Origin: Narcine bancroftii
Lineage: Eukaryota
DNA length: 64,000 bases
Direction: 5' to 3'
Assembly: GCF_036971445.1 (NCBI RefSeq)
Contig: NC_091476.1
Location: 10,974,001-11,038,000, forward strand
In this document: piece after piece, positions 63,168 through 64,000 of the stretch
How positions within the stretch are numbered: position 1 is the first letter of the stretch
Layout: each line of letters begins with the position of its first letter
Position numbers and translations under genes: made by a program
The notes under the pieces: model-generated
What the model was told of the DNA's origin: nothing
The model's database searches: none
What the model saw: the letters and a program-made list of their open reading frames with translations, nothing else

Positions 63168-63398
63168 TGTGATAGTACAGATTCTATCACCAATGTGTAT
63201 ATGTACAGATGGTAGTGTAGGATGACTGTGAATGGCTGAAAGTGTAGCCACACCTACTGGCAGGTCTTAAAGGGTTGCTCCTAACCAGACCAGGTCATTC
63301 TGGACTGGTCAACCTACTTGTGATATGTTCCAGTCTTTTAGTTAATAAAAGCCTTGGTTTGGATCAACAAATCTTTGGTTCTTTCGACGCGCACGACA
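63168..63398 (+). mobile_element. Solo LTR (231 bp)
   Basis: TG...CA termini, 5-bp TSD AATAT (63163-63167 / 63399-63403), internal AATAAA near 63344. Confidence 0.75.
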
Positions 63399-64000
63399 AA
63401 TATCAAAGGGTTGTATGACAGAAAACTTTATCCAAGCAATTTTAATTAGTTCAAAGCTGATCTTCAGTTATTCAGCACAGAAACAGGCTCAGGTTGTCCA
63501 TATCAAATTACACACCCTCCTGCTTTGGTCCCATTTGCCTGCATTAGCTCCTTACCCCTCTAATCCCTTCCCATTATGTAACTATCCAAGTATTTCTTAC
63601 AGGAAGTTAACACATCACCCAGCTCATTCCACCCTCTGAGTGAAGAACTGTCCCCTCACATCCTTTCTACATCCCACCCCCTCACATTACATTTATGCCT
63701 TCTCATCTTAGTCACTATTCACTTTATTTATGCCCCTCGTGATTTTTTTTTGCAGACCTCAATAAGATCCCCTCTCAGCTCCTAAGGTCAAACCAAAACA
63801 GGCCCAGTTTTTTTCCAAGTATGCATTAGTAAACAAATCAGAGATTTGGTAAATGGCCCTGGTATGCAAATATGCTGTGTTTGAATGTGTAATATTGTTC
63901 AGTAATTCAGCCAGAAATCAAGGTAACAAAAATGTTGAACTGTAGATTCATTCCGGAGAATTAGGGTTTTCTGGAAAGTGAGGAATGAAAAGAGGGTTGG

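Overview
Vertebrate genomic DNA, most likely from a cartilaginous fish (inferred from CR1, RTE, Rex1/L2, Penelope-like and tRNA-derived SINE content). Three spliced genes can be read directly from the sequence. (1) The last two coding exons of an LNX2-like PDZ protein on the + strand (356-4057). (2) A complete 16-exon FIP1-like CPSF subunit gene on the - strand (42122->5287; 1587 nt, 528 aa, all splice phases consistent). (3) The last three coding exons of a CHIC1-type gene on the - strand (56499->50588). The order and orientation (CHIC1-> FIP1L-> <-LNX) and the paralog-diagnostic residues do not match the FIP1L1-LNX1-CHIC2 locus. They match the Chic1-Fip1l2-Lnx3 block, the protein-coding ancestor of the eutherian X-inactivation centre (Lnx3 gave Xist, Fip1l2 gave Tsx), here with apparently intact genes. 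Other notable structure: a near-perfect ~460-bp inverted duplication split by a young RTE LINE; a perfect 3.4-kb (GGGTTGGGCGCGTT)n satellite; a G-rich tract right after FIP1L exon 1; candidate alternative, poison or intronic-polyadenylation exons; Penelope-type hammerhead remnants; TA-flanked MITEs; and a solo LTR.
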